64,000 bases of DNA from an uncultured virus (IMG/VR IMGVR_UViG_3300042569_002050) (IMGVR_UViG_3300042569_002050:62001-126000), one strand, 5' to 3'; shown: positions 9,723 to 20,598, counted from the first letter of the stretch. The notes: generated by a model from the letters alone, not told the origin. Numbers and translations: made by a program.

Positions 9723-10088
9723 ATGAAAAAGTTATACTTAGACGATATCCGCACCCCTCAAACAGAGGGGTGGGTTATCGTTCGTAACTACGATGATTTC
9801 GTAGCATGGATTAGATTAAATGGTGTTCCTGATGAAGTATCATTCGACCATGATTTGGGAGAAGATGTTGCTAAAGAAAAAGTAGAGGCAGGAATGTCTA
9901 AACGTAAAGCAAGAGAGCAAAAGAAGGAAACTAAAAGTGGTTATGACGCTGCAATATGGTTAGGACGACATTGTCTGTTAACCGATACTCCTTACCCAAA
10001 ATGGAATTGTCATTCTGCAAATCCTGTTGGTAAGGCAAATATAGAAGCATACATTAACAATGTAATTAAACATCAAAATCAGTTATGA
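9723..10088 (+). CDS. cyclic-phosphate-processing receiver-like domain protein
   Basis: LYLDDIRTP, SFDHDLG, HSANPVG. Confidence 0.7.
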   Translation: MKKLYLDDIRTPQTEGWVIVRNYDDFVAWIRLNGVPDEVSFDHDLGEDVAKEKVEAGMSKRKAREQKKETKSGYDAAIWLGRHCLLTDTPYPKWNCHSANPVGKANIEAYINNVIKHQNQL

Positions 10089-11005
10089 AACAACACACAC
10101 TCTGGATAGAAAAATACAGATCACAAACCTTAGAACAATACATTGGTAACGATGTTGTTAAAGATCGTATTGCTGATTGTATTGCTAAGAATGATATACC
10201 CCATTTCATATTCGCTGGCAGCGCAGGTACAGGTAAAACTACATTAGCTAAACTAATTGTGGGAAACATTCAATGCGACTATCTTTACCTCAACGCTAGC
10301 GATGAGAATGGAATTGATACAATTAGAGATAAAGTAAAAGGATTTGCCTCAACAGCATCATTTCAACCTATTAAGGTTGTAATATTGGATGAAGCAGATT
10401 TCCTAACACAGCCCGCTCAAGCAGCATTACGTAACCTAATTGAAGAATATTCAGCATATACTCGCTTTATATTGACTTGTAATTATGTTGAGCGCTTAAT
10501 TGAACCACTTCAATCACGTTGTGAGTTACATATGCTTAAACCACCAACTAAAGGTGCTGTTGCAAAACATATCTGCATCAATATTTTAGATGTTGAAGGT
10601 ATTACATATGAAATGGTTGATGTAGCTAAAGTCATTAATGAATTTTATCCTGATATTCGTTCTGTAATCAAAGTATTACAATCTAATATTAAGGAAAGTA
10701 AATTAGTTGTTACTGCTTTAGATGATAACTGGACTAAACAATTGGTTCAAATACTATCTAAACGCGAGAAAAACGCTTGGTATCAAGTACGCCAACTTGT
10801 AGCTGACGCTCAAGTAGACGATTTTCAAACCGCTTATCGTTATATGTTTGAGCATTTAGCTGAATTTAGTTATGGAAATGATGCTCAACTATCAGTTATA
10901 TTAGATGATTTTATCTGGAGAGCAGGTGTAGTGCCTGATAAAGAAATTAACTTTGCTGCTTGTATAGCTAAAGTATTAGAAACAATCAAAAAACAAGTAT
11001 TATAA
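10085..11005 (+). CDS. clamp loader AAA+ subunit (RFC/gp44-like)
   Basis: LWIEKYR, GSAGTGKTT, LNASDENG, ILDEAD, LQSRC. Confidence 0.93.
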   Translation: MKQHTLWIEKYRSQTLEQYIGNDVVKDRIADCIAKNDIPHFIFAGSAGTGKTTLAKLIVGNIQCDYLYLNASDENGIDTIRDKVKGFASTASFQPIKVVILDEADFLTQPAQAALRNLIEEYSAYTRFILTCNYVERLIEPLQSRCELHMLKPPTKGAVAKHICINILDVEGITYEMVDVAKVINEFYPDIRSVIKVLQSNIKESKLVVTALDDNWTKQLVQILSKREKNAWYQVRQLVADAQVDDFQTAYRYMFEHLAEFSYGNDAQLSVILDDFIWRAGVVPDKEINFAACIAKVLETIKKQVL

Positions 11006-11286
11006 TGGATCAACAAATGAACCTAAACATTGGTTTAGACAAGACATCACCAGTATCTTGCGATAAGTGTGGTAGTCAAGTTTTCCAAGAAGGAGTATTG
11101 CTTAGAAAAGCATCTCGATTATTAACAGGAACAGCACAAGATGCTTTGATTCCTATTCAAGTGTTTGCCTGTATGAGTTGTGGAAGTGTGAATGAAGAAT
11201 TCTTACCAATACAAATGAGACAGCAACCACAATCACAACCCACTACTAAACCTGAAGAAGAAGGTGGACGAATTATTAAATTTTAA
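11005..11286 (+). CDS. zinc-ribbon protein
   Basis: CDKC...CMSC. Confidence 0.6.
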   Translation: MDQQMNLNIGLDKTSPVSCDKCGSQVFQEGVLLRKASRLLTGTAQDALIPIQVFACMSCGSVNEEFLPIQMRQQPQSQPTTKPEEEGGRIIKF

Positions 11287-11289
11287 ATT

Positions 11290-11559
11290 ATGATAACATC
11301 AATAGCATTACTTATAGTAGCAATTGCCAATGCAGTTACAGTATACTATAGCACTAAAAGAATGGATAAACTCCAAGACCAAATAAATGATTTAGGTCAA
11401 CAAATCTATGACACTAATTCCCTATTTGAACGATCAGAAAATCTTCAAAGAGCAATTAATGATAATTTAGATAAACAAATCAAATCTCAATATAGCCATT
11501 TTACAAGTCGTATGGATAAATTGAAGAATGACGTATTACAAAATACAAGACAATACTAA
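11290..11559 (+). CDS. membrane-anchored coiled-coil protein
   Basis: N-terminal hydrophobic helix followed by a heptad-rich tail. Confidence 0.5.
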   Translation: MITSIALLIVAIANAVTVYYSTKRMDKLQDQINDLGQQIYDTNSLFERSENLQRAINDNLDKQIKSQYSHFTSRMDKLKNDVLQNTRQY

Positions 11560-11933
11560 TGAATATATTTGATCATATTAAAAATATCACAACTAATAAA
11601 GGAACATACTTAGGAGATGAAGGTTGGAACAACTGGATGATTAATCGTTTTCTCAGTATGGATCCTGATTATTGTGAAGTAGTTAATGTTGTTCAAAAGA
11701 ATACTTGGCAAATGAAGGGCGAACACCTATACAATTTGTATAAGGATCTTATTCCCAAACAATACAAGTATCTTAAATATATTAAGCCTAAAAATAAGAA
11801 AGATTATGATGCTGGCGAAGTAGAAGCAGTATCATTGTACTTCGAAGTAAGTAAGAAGGAAGCTAAAGAATATATTTCAATGCTTCCTAAAGACGAATTA
11901 AATAATATAATATCACAAATCAATGGAAAGTAA
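11559..11933 (+). CDS. putative clamp loader small subunit (gp62-like)
   Basis: IFDHIKNIT, WMINRFLS, KYIK, YFEVSKKEAKEY pattern; near the gp44-like gene. Confidence 0.6.
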   Translation: MNIFDHIKNITTNKGTYLGDEGWNNWMINRFLSMDPDYCEVVNVVQKNTWQMKGEHLYNLYKDLIPKQYKYLKYIKPKNKKDYDAGEVEAVSLYFEVSKKEAKEYISMLPKDELNNIISQINGK

Positions 11934-12177
11934 AGAATACTATTATACTGAAGACGAGAATGGAGAATTACACCAAATAGACTCAGTTGTAAGTTCAATT
12001 ATTACTCAGTTTACAACAAGAGCTATTATGGGAAAGAAAAAATATGGTGTTACTTTAGACCGTACTGATTTATCTTTACTTGAGTGGATTGAGCACGCTA
12101 AACAAGAGCATATGGATGCTATCTTGTATTTAGAAAAAATTAAACAAGAAATTAGTGGGAAAGAAAAAATTAACTGA
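11923..12177 (+). CDS. all-alpha phage protein (MazG/NTP-pyrophosphatase-like motif)
   Basis: GKKKYGVTLDR...EHAKQEHMDAILY. Confidence 0.45.
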   Translation: MESKEYYYTEDENGELHQIDSVVSSIITQFTTRAIMGKKKYGVTLDRTDLSLLEWIEHAKQEHMDAILYLEKIKQEISGKEKIN

Positions 12178-13096
12178 GGTTGAACTTAAGATAAAAAACC
12201 ACCAACAACCTGAGGTTAATCCTGCATTTCATAAAACTGTATCTTACTCTCAATATACTATGTGGGCTTCATGTCCTCATAAGTGGTATTTAACTTACGT
12301 AGAAAACAAACAACCATACCAAGCTAGTATTCATACTGTATTTGGAACAGCATTTCATGAAACTATACAATCGTATCTTGAAACGATGTATAATGTAAGT
12401 GGAGCTGCAGCAGACAGAATGGATTTGGAAGAATTATTCCAAGCTAAATTCTCAGAAGTATATTCTAAGGAATATAAGAAAATGGGATCTCATTTTACTA
12501 CACCTCAAGAAATGGGAGAATTTTATGAGGATGCTGTTGCTATAATGAAGTGGATTAAGAAAAATAGAAATATATTATTTAGTATTCGTCGAGTAAAATT
12601 ATTAGGTATTGAAATACCAATATTAACAAATGTTGCTAATAATGTATTTTTAAAAGGATTTATTGATTTTGTGTTGTATGATGAAGATTTAGATAAAATT
12701 TATATATATGATATCAAAACATCAACACGAGGGTGGGGAGATAGAGAAAAGAAAGACGATAATAAAATTGCTCAAGTGTTATTATACAAGGAGTACTTTT
12801 CAAAACAATTTGGGGTCGATATTGAGAAAATTGAAGTCGAATACTTCATTGTTAAACGAAAAATCTGGGAGCAATCAGAATACCCAACTCCAAGAGTCCA
12901 ATCATTTAAACCAGCAAGTGGTAAAATCAAACGAAAGCAAGCAATAGATAATTTTAATAATTTTCTTAAAGATTGTTTCGATGGTTTTGGGAAACCACAA
13001 ATAAAATCGTACCTTAAAAATGTAGGCGAAAGCTCATGTAAATGGTGTCCTTATAATGATTCACCAGAGCTTTGCGACAAAATCATAGTTTCTTAA
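12155..13096 (+). CDS. PD-(D/E)XK Cas4/RecB-like nuclease
   Basis: SYSQ...CP, FGTAFHE, GFIDFV, YDIKTS, Q..LY, C-terminal CKWCPY...C. Confidence 0.85.
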   Translation: MGKKKLTEVELKIKNHQQPEVNPAFHKTVSYSQYTMWASCPHKWYLTYVENKQPYQASIHTVFGTAFHETIQSYLETMYNVSGAAADRMDLEELFQAKFSEVYSKEYKKMGSHFTTPQEMGEFYEDAVAIMKWIKKNRNILFSIRRVKLLGIEIPILTNVANNVFLKGFIDFVLYDEDLDKIYIYDIKTSTRGWGDREKKDDNKIAQVLLYKEYFSKQFGVDIEKIEVEYFIVKRKIWEQSEYPTPRVQSFKPASGKIKRKQAIDNFNNFLKDCFDGFGKPQIKSYLKNVGESSCKWCPYNDSPELCDKIIVS

Positions 13097-13138
13097 AAAT
13101 TTATATATTTATATCCGAATATATAAAAACTACAAACT

Positions 13139-13333
13139 ATGGCAGAAAAAATGCAATTAACAAGTGTAAAGGTGCCTGAATCGTTATTTGAAGAATTCAA
13201 AATAGCCTGTGTTAAACATAAATTCAGCATTCAAAAATTAACAGAGCGTGCAATGTATTTATATTTAACTGATGAAGAATTTCGTAAAACGGTACATAAC
13301 CAATTAAATACACAACTGAAAAAAGAAGACTAA
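13139..13333 (+). CDS. ribbon-helix-helix-like DNA-binding protein
   Basis: LTSVKVPESLFEEFKIAC...SIQKLTERAM. Confidence 0.55.
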   Translation: MAEKMQLTSVKVPESLFEEFKIACVKHKFSIQKLTERAMYLYLTDEEFRKTVHNQLNTQLKKED

Positions 13334-13340
13334 CTACGTT

Positions 13341-14795
13341 ATGAAAGAAGGTTATATTAAACAAGAGGATAGAAAGAAAATCCTATTACTTTGTGATGAT
13401 ATTAGAATGACGAGCGGTATATCCACTATGGCTAGAGAAATAGTAGTGGGTACCGCTCATCACTTTAATTGGGTCAATTTAGGTGGTGGTGTAAACCACC
13501 CTGAAGAAGGTAAAAAATTAGATATTTGTGCTAGTACTAACGAACATGCTGGTATTGAAGATTCTAGTGTATTTATTTATCCTGTAAAAGGATACGGCAC
13601 TATAGAATTTGTACGCCAAATCATCAAGAATGAAAAACCAGATGCAATGATGATCTTTACAGATCCTCGTTATTGGATTTGGTTATTTCAAAATGAGCAT
13701 GAGATAAGAAAACAAATGCCTCTTATTTATTTAAACATTTGGGATAGTATTCCTTACCCAATGTATAATAAATCATACTACGAGTCATGTGATGCTTTAC
13801 TAGCAATTAGTAAACAAACAGAAAACATTAATAGGGTTGTATTAGGGGAGGCAGCTGAAGAAAAAGTAATTAAATATGTTCCTCATGGAATAAATGAAAA
13901 TATTTTCTTCCCTATCACTGAAGATAAACCTGAATATTTAGCTTTACAAGAGTTTAAAAAACAATTGTTTGGTGATAAAAAATATGATTTTACATTATTA
14001 TATAATGCTAGAAACATAAGACGCAAATCAGTACCTGATTTGATGTTAGCATGGAATAAATTTCGTTCTCAATTACCTAAAGAAAAAGCAAGTAAAACTT
14101 GTTTAGTAATGCATACTCATGTAAAAGATGAGCATGGTACTGATTTAGAAGCAGTGCGAGATATGATCTTTGGAAAAGAAGGTGGAAACATTATCTTCTC
14201 TCAAGGTAAACAACCAGCACAAGTAATGAATTTACTTTACAATGCTTGTGATGCAACTGTATTACCTAGTAGTAATGAAGGATGGGGTTTAAGTTTAACT
14301 GAATCTATGATGTGTGGCAAACCTATTATAGCTACAGTAACAGGTGGTATGCAAGACCAAATGCGATTTGAAAATGAATTAGGTGAGTGGATTAAATTCA
14401 CTGAAGAGTTTGGTTCCAACCATAGAGGTAAATATAAAAACTGTGGTGGGTGGGCATTCCCCGTATTTCCAAACAATTTAAGTTTAGTAGGTTCTCAACC
14501 AACACCTTACATATTTGATGATAGAGCTGAACCATTTGCTATTGCTGAACAAATCTCAGTAGTATATGGTCTTAAAACAATCACACCTCAAAACTTTAAA
14601 GAAAGAGGCCAAGCAGCTTATAAATGGGTAACATCAGATGAATCAATGATGTCAGCTAGATTAATGTCTAAAAATGTTATAGACGGTATTGAAGAAACAT
14701 TTAAAAAATGGACTCCAAGATACACATATGAATTAATTCCTGTTGAAACCCCGGATCAACCACAACATTATAACCCTTATTTAATAGCAGAATAG
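13341..14795 (+). CDS. glycosyltransferase, GT-B (GT4-like)
   Basis: YVPHG, NARNIRRK, SNEGWGLSLTESMMCGKPII. Confidence 0.88.
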   Translation: MKEGYIKQEDRKKILLLCDDIRMTSGISTMAREIVVGTAHHFNWVNLGGGVNHPEEGKKLDICASTNEHAGIEDSSVFIYPVKGYGTIEFVRQIIKNEKPDAMMIFTDPRYWIWLFQNEHEIRKQMPLIYLNIWDSIPYPMYNKSYYESCDALLAISKQTENINRVVLGEAAEEKVIKYVPHGINENIFFPITEDKPEYLALQEFKKQLFGDKKYDFTLLYNARNIRRKSVPDLMLAWNKFRSQLPKEKASKTCLVMHTHVKDEHGTDLEAVRDMIFGKEGGNIIFSQGKQPAQVMNLLYNACDATVLPSSNEGWGLSLTESMMCGKPIIATVTGGMQDQMRFENELGEWIKFTEEFGSNHRGKYKNCGGWAFPVFPNNLSLVGSQPTPYIFDDRAEPFAIAEQISVVYGLKTITPQNFKERGQAAYKWVTSDESMMSARLMSKNVIDGIEETFKKWTPRYTYELIPVETPDQPQHYNPYLIAE

Positions 14796-14797
14796 TT

Positions 14798-16102
14798 ATG
14801 AAACCAGTTATAGCAATTAGTTGCCCAATAGATACATTTAGTGGCTATGGAGCAAGATCGAGAGATGTAGTTAAAGCACTTATCAACTCAGAAAAATATG
14901 AAGTTAAAATCCTATCACAAAGATGGGGTAGTACTCCATTTGGATTTTTAAATCCATCAAACCCAGACCATAAAAAAATTATTGATTGCATTCAGCTAAG
15001 CAATAATAAATTAGAAGGAGTTCCTGATATTTGGATTCAAATTACAGTACCTAACGAATTTCAAAAGGTAGGTAAATACAATATTGGTATTACTGCTGGT
15101 ATTGAAACGGATTTATGTGCTACTACTTGGATTGAAGGATGTAATAGAATGGATTTAGTATTAACTTCATGTAACCATTCTAAAAAGGTATTCTTAAATT
15201 CAAAATACGAACAACGTAAAAAAGACAATCCTGAAGAAGTTGTTGGAATAATTGAAACAACAGTACCAGTAGAAGTGTTGTTTGAAGGAGTTGATACTCA
15301 AATTTATAAAAAAACAAATAAAGTTGATGAAACTTTAGACGATATATTAAAAAGCATTCCTGAGCATTTTAATTTTTTAGTTGTTGGTCATTGGTTACAA
15401 GGTAATTTTGGGGAAGATAGAAAAAATATGGGTGGAACCATTAAAGCATTTCTTGAAACCTTTAAAAATAGAAAAATAAAACCAGGACTTATTCTAAAAG
15501 TAAATGGTGGTAATTATTCAATTATGGATAGAGACCAAATGATTGCTAAAATAGAAGAAGTTAAATCAATGGTTGATGGTGATTTACCAAACATTTATTT
15601 ATTACATGGTGAATTAACAGATGACGAAATGAATGGTTTATATAATCATTCCAAAGTAAAAGCAATGCTAAGCTTAACTAAAGGTGAAGGATATGGTAGA
15701 CCATTAATTGAATTCACTCAAGCACAAAAACCAATTGTTGTTAGTGGATGGAGTGGACATACTGATTTCTTAAGTAAAGAATTTAGTGTGTTTGTTGGTG
15801 GTGAAATAAAGCCAATAGATAAGAGTGCTGTTGTTGAAAATATGCTGATATTAGAATCAAAATGGTTTACTCCGGACTATAACCAAGCTTCATTAGCATT
15901 AAAAGCAGTTTATGCAGATTATGATGAGTATGTTGAAAAAGCAAAGAGACAGTCGTATATTTGTCGTAATGATTTTAGTTTAGAAAAAATGGGTGAAAAA
16001 TTAGTTGAAATATTAGATGCTAATTTTACTAAAGAAATACCACTTCCTAAGCTAAGCAAAACAACATTACCAACCTTAAATAAAGCTGAAGATGACAAGT
16101 AA
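14798..16102 (+). CDS. glycosyltransferase, GT-B (GT4-like)
   Basis: SGYG, EDRKN, KGEGYGRPLIEF...KPIVVSGWSGH. Confidence 0.85.
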   Translation: MKPVIAISCPIDTFSGYGARSRDVVKALINSEKYEVKILSQRWGSTPFGFLNPSNPDHKKIIDCIQLSNNKLEGVPDIWIQITVPNEFQKVGKYNIGITAGIETDLCATTWIEGCNRMDLVLTSCNHSKKVFLNSKYEQRKKDNPEEVVGIIETTVPVEVLFEGVDTQIYKKTNKVDETLDDILKSIPEHFNFLVVGHWLQGNFGEDRKNMGGTIKAFLETFKNRKIKPGLILKVNGGNYSIMDRDQMIAKIEEVKSMVDGDLPNIYLLHGELTDDEMNGLYNHSKVKAMLSLTKGEGYGRPLIEFTQAQKPIVVSGWSGHTDFLSKEFSVFVGGEIKPIDKSAVVENMLILESKWFTPDYNQASLALKAVYADYDEYVEKAKRQSYICRNDFSLEKMGEKLVEILDANFTKEIPLPKLSKTTLPTLNKAEDDK

Positions 16103-16377
16103 AGAATTTGTAATTTGGTTGAAGGGATTTACAGAAGGGGTACATGAGTATAATCTTACTCCAAAACAATGGGATACATTGAAAGAAAAATTAGAAGAAG
16201 TAAATGATACCTCTAAAACACCCCCTTGCTCAGGTCATGATCAAGAAAGCTGGAATGAAGAAGAATTAGAACGTAGAATGGATATTATAGGACAGAATGG
16301 AAACGAAGGTCTTCACTACAACGCAGAAGATTTAGGTGGAAATTGGGTTACAACAACAACAAATAAATTAAAAAATA

Positions 16378-16809
16378 ATGGATAAATTAATCACTTGCCC
16401 TATTTGTAGTTCAGACTTCTGTTATGAAGTAGAACAAGAGCAAAAGAAACTATGGCATTGTTTTGGATGTGGATTTGCTTCTAATTCAGATCAACATATT
16501 GAAAAAATCAATTTAGAACAAACAGAAGCTGTATTACCCGAATTATATAGAGCTATTAAAAAACTAGATAACAACGGATATTATTGGTATCCTTCAACAA
16601 TCAACCACCCAACTAAAGGAATGGTATTTGTTGATTTAGCCGATAATGTTTGGCAGTGGGCTGGAGTTAAAGCTACTCCTATTACTGAAGAAGAAAAAGC
16701 AAAATTCCCTGAAGGTGCTACTCACAAAGCAGATATGAAAACAATTCAACACTTTGGAAGCACATACATGGAGGCTTTAAATTACATTGAATATTTTAAA
16801 CAAGATTAA
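16378..16809 (+). CDS. zinc-ribbon hypothetical protein
   Basis: CPIC...CFGCG. Confidence 0.55.
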   Translation: MDKLITCPICSSDFCYEVEQEQKKLWHCFGCGFASNSDQHIEKINLEQTEAVLPELYRAIKKLDNNGYYWYPSTINHPTKGMVFVDLADNVWQWAGVKATPITEEEKAKFPEGATHKADMKTIQHFGSTYMEALNYIEYFKQD

Positions 16810-17444
16810 TGCACGCAACTGCTGAAGCTAACGCTAGAAGATTTTTTGGAACTTATGTTAATCAAGTTTCAAACCCAATTATAACTGAAATAGGATCTCA
16901 AATAGGGGGAAATGGGAGAGAATTTAATATCCGTTCATTAGCCCCATCAGGTTCTAAGTACATAGGAATAGATTTAGAAAAAATGCCTGGGGTAGATGTA
17001 GTATTAGAGGATCCTTATAAATTTCCTATTGAAGATAATTCTGTAGATTTTATTGTGAGTTCTTCATGCTTTGAACATATTGAATTCTTCTGGTTAACAT
17101 TCTTAGAAGCAATAAGAATATTAAAACCAACAGGAGTTCTTTATATCAATGCTCCATCTATAGGAGCATTTCACAGATACCCTATGGATTATTGGAGATT
17201 CTTCCCAGATAGTGCACATTCATTATCTAATTGGGGAGTTAGAAATGGATATAATTGTGGTGTATTAGAACAATATACTAGTGATAAAGAAAATGACATT
17301 TGGAGTGATTATATATCAGTTTATATTAAAGATAAAAAATATATCTCCAACTACCCTAATAGAATAATTAATAATTTTAAGAACTATACTAATGGTTCTA
17401 TATATCCTCACAACACAATATCAAATGAATTAAAATGGAGATAA
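16809..17444 (+). CDS. class I SAM-dependent methyltransferase
   Basis: EIGS, YIGID, DFIVSSSCFEH, RILKPTG, HRYPMDYWRF. Confidence 0.8.
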   Translation: MHATAEANARRFFGTYVNQVSNPIITEIGSQIGGNGREFNIRSLAPSGSKYIGIDLEKMPGVDVVLEDPYKFPIEDNSVDFIVSSSCFEHIEFFWLTFLEAIRILKPTGVLYINAPSIGAFHRYPMDYWRFFPDSAHSLSNWGVRNGYNCGVLEQYTSDKENDIWSDYISVYIKDKKYISNYPNRIINNFKNYTNGSIYPHNTISNELKWR

Positions 17445-17995
17445 AGAAAAAATTACCTAACTTTAGGTATATGAGAACAGAATCTATTATGATCCAAGGG
17501 TTATATGATCTCATTGAGTATATAAATGAAATATCCCCAACCAAAAAAATGAAAATGGTTGAAATAGGATCTTATTTAGGCGAATCTACTTTAGTATTTG
17601 CTGATCATTTTAAAGAGGTTATTACAATAGATCCTTTTTTAGATGATTATGACCCAAACGACGAGACTTGTAAACATGTTTCTTTATCAGTAGTTCACGA
17701 ACAATTTTTACTAAATATAGAAGATAAAAATAATATTAAACACATTCAGAAATTATCAGATGATGCTATTGAAGATTTAAAAACTCAATCATTTGATTTT
17801 ATCTATATTGATGGTCTCCACACTTACGATCAAATAAAAAAAGATATTGAAAACTATCTCCCTTTAATAAAAAAAGGAGGATTTATAGCAGGACATGATT
17901 ACCACCCAAACCACCAAGGTGTTATTGATGGGATAAATGAGATGCTAAAGATAGATCAAACATTTTCTGATACTAGTTGGATTAAAAGAGTATAA
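17435..17995 (+). CDS. class I SAM-dependent methyltransferase (Methyltransf_24-like)
   Basis: VEIGSYLGES, DFIYIDGLHTY, GGFIAGHDY. Confidence 0.82.
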   Translation: MEIKKKLPNFRYMRTESIMIQGLYDLIEYINEISPTKKMKMVEIGSYLGESTLVFADHFKEVITIDPFLDDYDPNDETCKHVSLSVVHEQFLLNIEDKNNIKHIQKLSDDAIEDLKTQSFDFIYIDGLHTYDQIKKDIENYLPLIKKGGFIAGHDYHPNHQGVIDGINEMLKIDQTFSDTSWIKRV

Positions 17996-17997
17996 TT

Positions 17998-18555
17998 ATG
18001 TTTTTAAATATTATAACACCATGTTCTAGGCCACAAAACCTAATGACAATAAGTAAAAGTATTAATATTCCTAAAGAGAATTATAGATGGATAGTTGTAC
18101 TAGACGCTTCTGATTTATCTACATTAAGTGAATATATTTTACCTGAAAATTGTGAGTTTCATAATTATCAAGAAGAAGGAAGTATAGCAGGTCATGCTCA
18201 AAGAAATTATGCTATTTCTCTTATAAATGAAGGGTATGTTTATTCAAATGATGATGATACTGTTATTCATTATGATTTATGGAATAATATTAAAGACCTA
18301 AATGAAAATTTTATTTCATTTGATCAGGAAAATCAAAATGGAACTTTTAGACTAAACGGAGACAATATCGCCTTACATAGAGTTGATAGTCATAATTTTA
18401 TAGTTGATAGAGAAACTATAGGTGATACAAGATTTCAAATTGAAAAATATGATGCTGATGGGTATTTTGCTGTAGAATGTTTTGGTAAAGCAAAAACAAA
18501 GTCGTATATTCCTAAGGTATTATCAACATATAACTCATTAAGATGGTATCCGTAA
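17998..18555 (+). CDS. glycosyltransferase, GT-A (GT2-like)
   Basis: IITPCSR, RNYAI, NDDD (DxD), ADGYF. Confidence 0.7.
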   Translation: MFLNIITPCSRPQNLMTISKSINIPKENYRWIVVLDASDLSTLSEYILPENCEFHNYQEEGSIAGHAQRNYAISLINEGYVYSNDDDTVIHYDLWNNIKDLNENFISFDQENQNGTFRLNGDNIALHRVDSHNFIVDRETIGDTRFQIEKYDADGYFAVECFGKAKTKSYIPKVLSTYNSLRWYP

Positions 18556-19325
18556 TAATTCCAACATATAAAGAACCTCACGCTTTAGACGTATGTCTAA
18601 AATCAGCAATTGAAGGACAAACAAATAAAAACCAAATTATAGTTGTTGTAGATGGTTTCTACGATATTAATAAAGAGGTATTAGATAAATATTCTAAACA
18701 TATTGATGTACTTAATTTACCTGAAAATAGAGGATTAAATACAGCTACTAATTTTGGAGTATACAATGCATCATCAGATAAGATATTAATTGTAAATGAT
18801 GATAATGTATTTGATAAAGATTGGGATGTTAAATTAGAAGAAATATATGATCCAAACATTGTTTGGGCTCCAAACCAAATAGAACCTAATCCAGGAATAT
18901 TTCAACAGTTTGTAATTCATCCTTTAGGAACAGTAGAAGAATTTGATATTAATAAATTTTGGGAATATACTGAAACAATCAATAGAAAAGAATCTGATAA
19001 CTGTGGTTCCACTCTTCCTATATTCATGAATAAAACCAAATATCTCCAAGTTGGGGGTTGGGACGAAACATATCCTGGTCCTTGGGTTGTTGATTGGGAA
19101 TTTTTTATGAAATGTGAAATGATGGGGATGGAGATGAAAAGAACATATAATACTCACTTTTATCATTTTGTTTCAGTAGGTACTAGAAAAGTAGAACCTG
19201 AAGTAACATATCAGAAAGGATTAATTGAGAGGGAATGCCATGAATATTTTAAATATAAATGGGGTTTCTATGGGTACCGAGACGGAAAAACAAATTCTAA
19301 CTGTCCTCCTTTGTTTAAGCAATAA
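18543..19325 (+). CDS. glycosyltransferase family 2
   Basis: VSVIIPTY, IVVVDG, NRG...N.G, IVNDDN, VGGWDE. Confidence 0.85.
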   Translation: MVSVIIPTYKEPHALDVCLKSAIEGQTNKNQIIVVVDGFYDINKEVLDKYSKHIDVLNLPENRGLNTATNFGVYNASSDKILIVNDDNVFDKDWDVKLEEIYDPNIVWAPNQIEPNPGIFQQFVIHPLGTVEEFDINKFWEYTETINRKESDNCGSTLPIFMNKTKYLQVGGWDETYPGPWVVDWEFFMKCEMMGMEMKRTYNTHFYHFVSVGTRKVEPEVTYQKGLIERECHEYFKYKWGFYGYRDGKTNSNCPPLFKQ

Positions 19326-19360
19326 TTTGGACTTATATTTATAAGAGAAAATTATAAATT

Positions 19361-19903
19361 ATGTCAAGAGAGCGTCGTTCCAAATTAGACCCATTAAGTC
19401 GGATCATAACATTGGGGGATATTGAGTGTGAAACTGTTAATCAAATTATACAAGATATATATGAGATTAACAATGAAGACGCTAAAAAGCAAACAGTAGA
19501 ACCAATTAAACTCATTATTAATTCATTTGGTGGGGAAGTGTTCAGTGGATTGGCTTTAATTGATGTAATTGATAATTCGCAGACTCCAATCCATACTATA
19601 TGCCATGGTACAGCAATGTCAATGGCTTTAATAGTATATGCTGCGGGACATCACAGAATTGCGAGTAAATATTCGACATTTATGTATCACGAAGCGGCAT
19701 ATGAAATTAATGGTAAAGTAGCATTTCATAAACAAGAATTAAAAGAAACAGAACGTATTGATAAATTATGTGATACTTATCTGATTTCTAAAACAAAACT
19801 AACACCAAAAATATTACAACCTCACAGAGACAGGCAAGCGGAGTGGTATTTTGATGTTAGAACAGCACAAAAATATGGTCTTGTTGATGAGATCATAGAA
19901 TAA
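19361..19903 (+). CDS. clpP: ClpP-like protease subunit
   Basis: INSFGGEV, AMSMA (Ser), FMYHE (His), YGLVDEI. Confidence 0.85.
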   Translation: MSRERRSKLDPLSRIITLGDIECETVNQIIQDIYEINNEDAKKQTVEPIKLIINSFGGEVFSGLALIDVIDNSQTPIHTICHGTAMSMALIVYAAGHHRIASKYSTFMYHEAAYEINGKVAFHKQELKETERIDKLCDTYLISKTKLTPKILQPHRDRQAEWYFDVRTAQKYGLVDEIIE

Positions 19904-19930
19904 TTAATATTTATATATAAACATATTATA

Positions 19931-20275
19931 ATGGCAGATTTAAACATAAAACCAAAACTTAAAGTAGATGTAAACCATAACCCAACAAAAAAGGGTATTA
20001 AGGTACAATTTGCATTACCTCAAACATTAGTGGGTGATGATAAAGCTGCTATGACTCAAAAGCTACAATCAAAATTAAACCAAGGTTTGCAACAATTTAA
20101 TATGACTGCAAATATGGACACAGATGTTCCTTTTGATAATGTTATTGGTTTTCTAATTCCTATTCAGGATATCCGATTGATGATTAAAAAGGCAATTATG
20201 CCTGAAGAACAACCAGCAGAGGAAGTTCCAACAGAAGCCCCTGCAGCGCCAGAAGAAGAAGTTACAGCTGAGTAA
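19931..20275 (+). CDS. hypothetical protein
   Basis: Intact ORF downstream of ATATTTAT motif. Confidence 0.6.
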   Translation: MADLNIKPKLKVDVNHNPTKKGIKVQFALPQTLVGDDKAAMTQKLQSKLNQGLQQFNMTANMDTDVPFDNVIGFLIPIQDIRLMIKKAIMPEEQPAEEVPTEAPAAPEEEVTAE

Positions 20276-20296
20276 TCACTGTTAAAAAGGAATAAT

Positions 20297-20596
20297 ATGA
20301 AAAGGAGAATTCCAGTGTTTAAAATATCACTTGGTGATGGGGCAACCTATGAACAAGTAAGTACACATCCTGCAATTAGAAAAGCAGTTATAGAGGAAAC
20401 AATATTTGCTATAAAAGACGGAATTAAAAAGAAGAAAAAATCAATTTCTTTATTTCAAATTGCAGGTACAACTTCATATTTGGAATTAGAAAAAGAGAAA
20501 TGGCAACCAACTCTTGAAAATCTATTAGAGCACTATGTAGAAAACGAAGACTATGATAGATGTATTGAGATAAGGGATTTAATAAAACAAATTTAG
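20297..20596 (+). CDS. hypothetical protein with C-terminal UVR-like helical hairpin
   Basis: ENEDYDRCIEIRDLI. Confidence 0.55.
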   Translation: MKRRIPVFKISLGDGATYEQVSTHPAIRKAVIEETIFAIKDGIKKKKKSISLFQIAGTTSYLELEKEKWQPTLENLLEHYVENEDYDRCIEIRDLIKQI

Positions 20597-20598
20597 TT

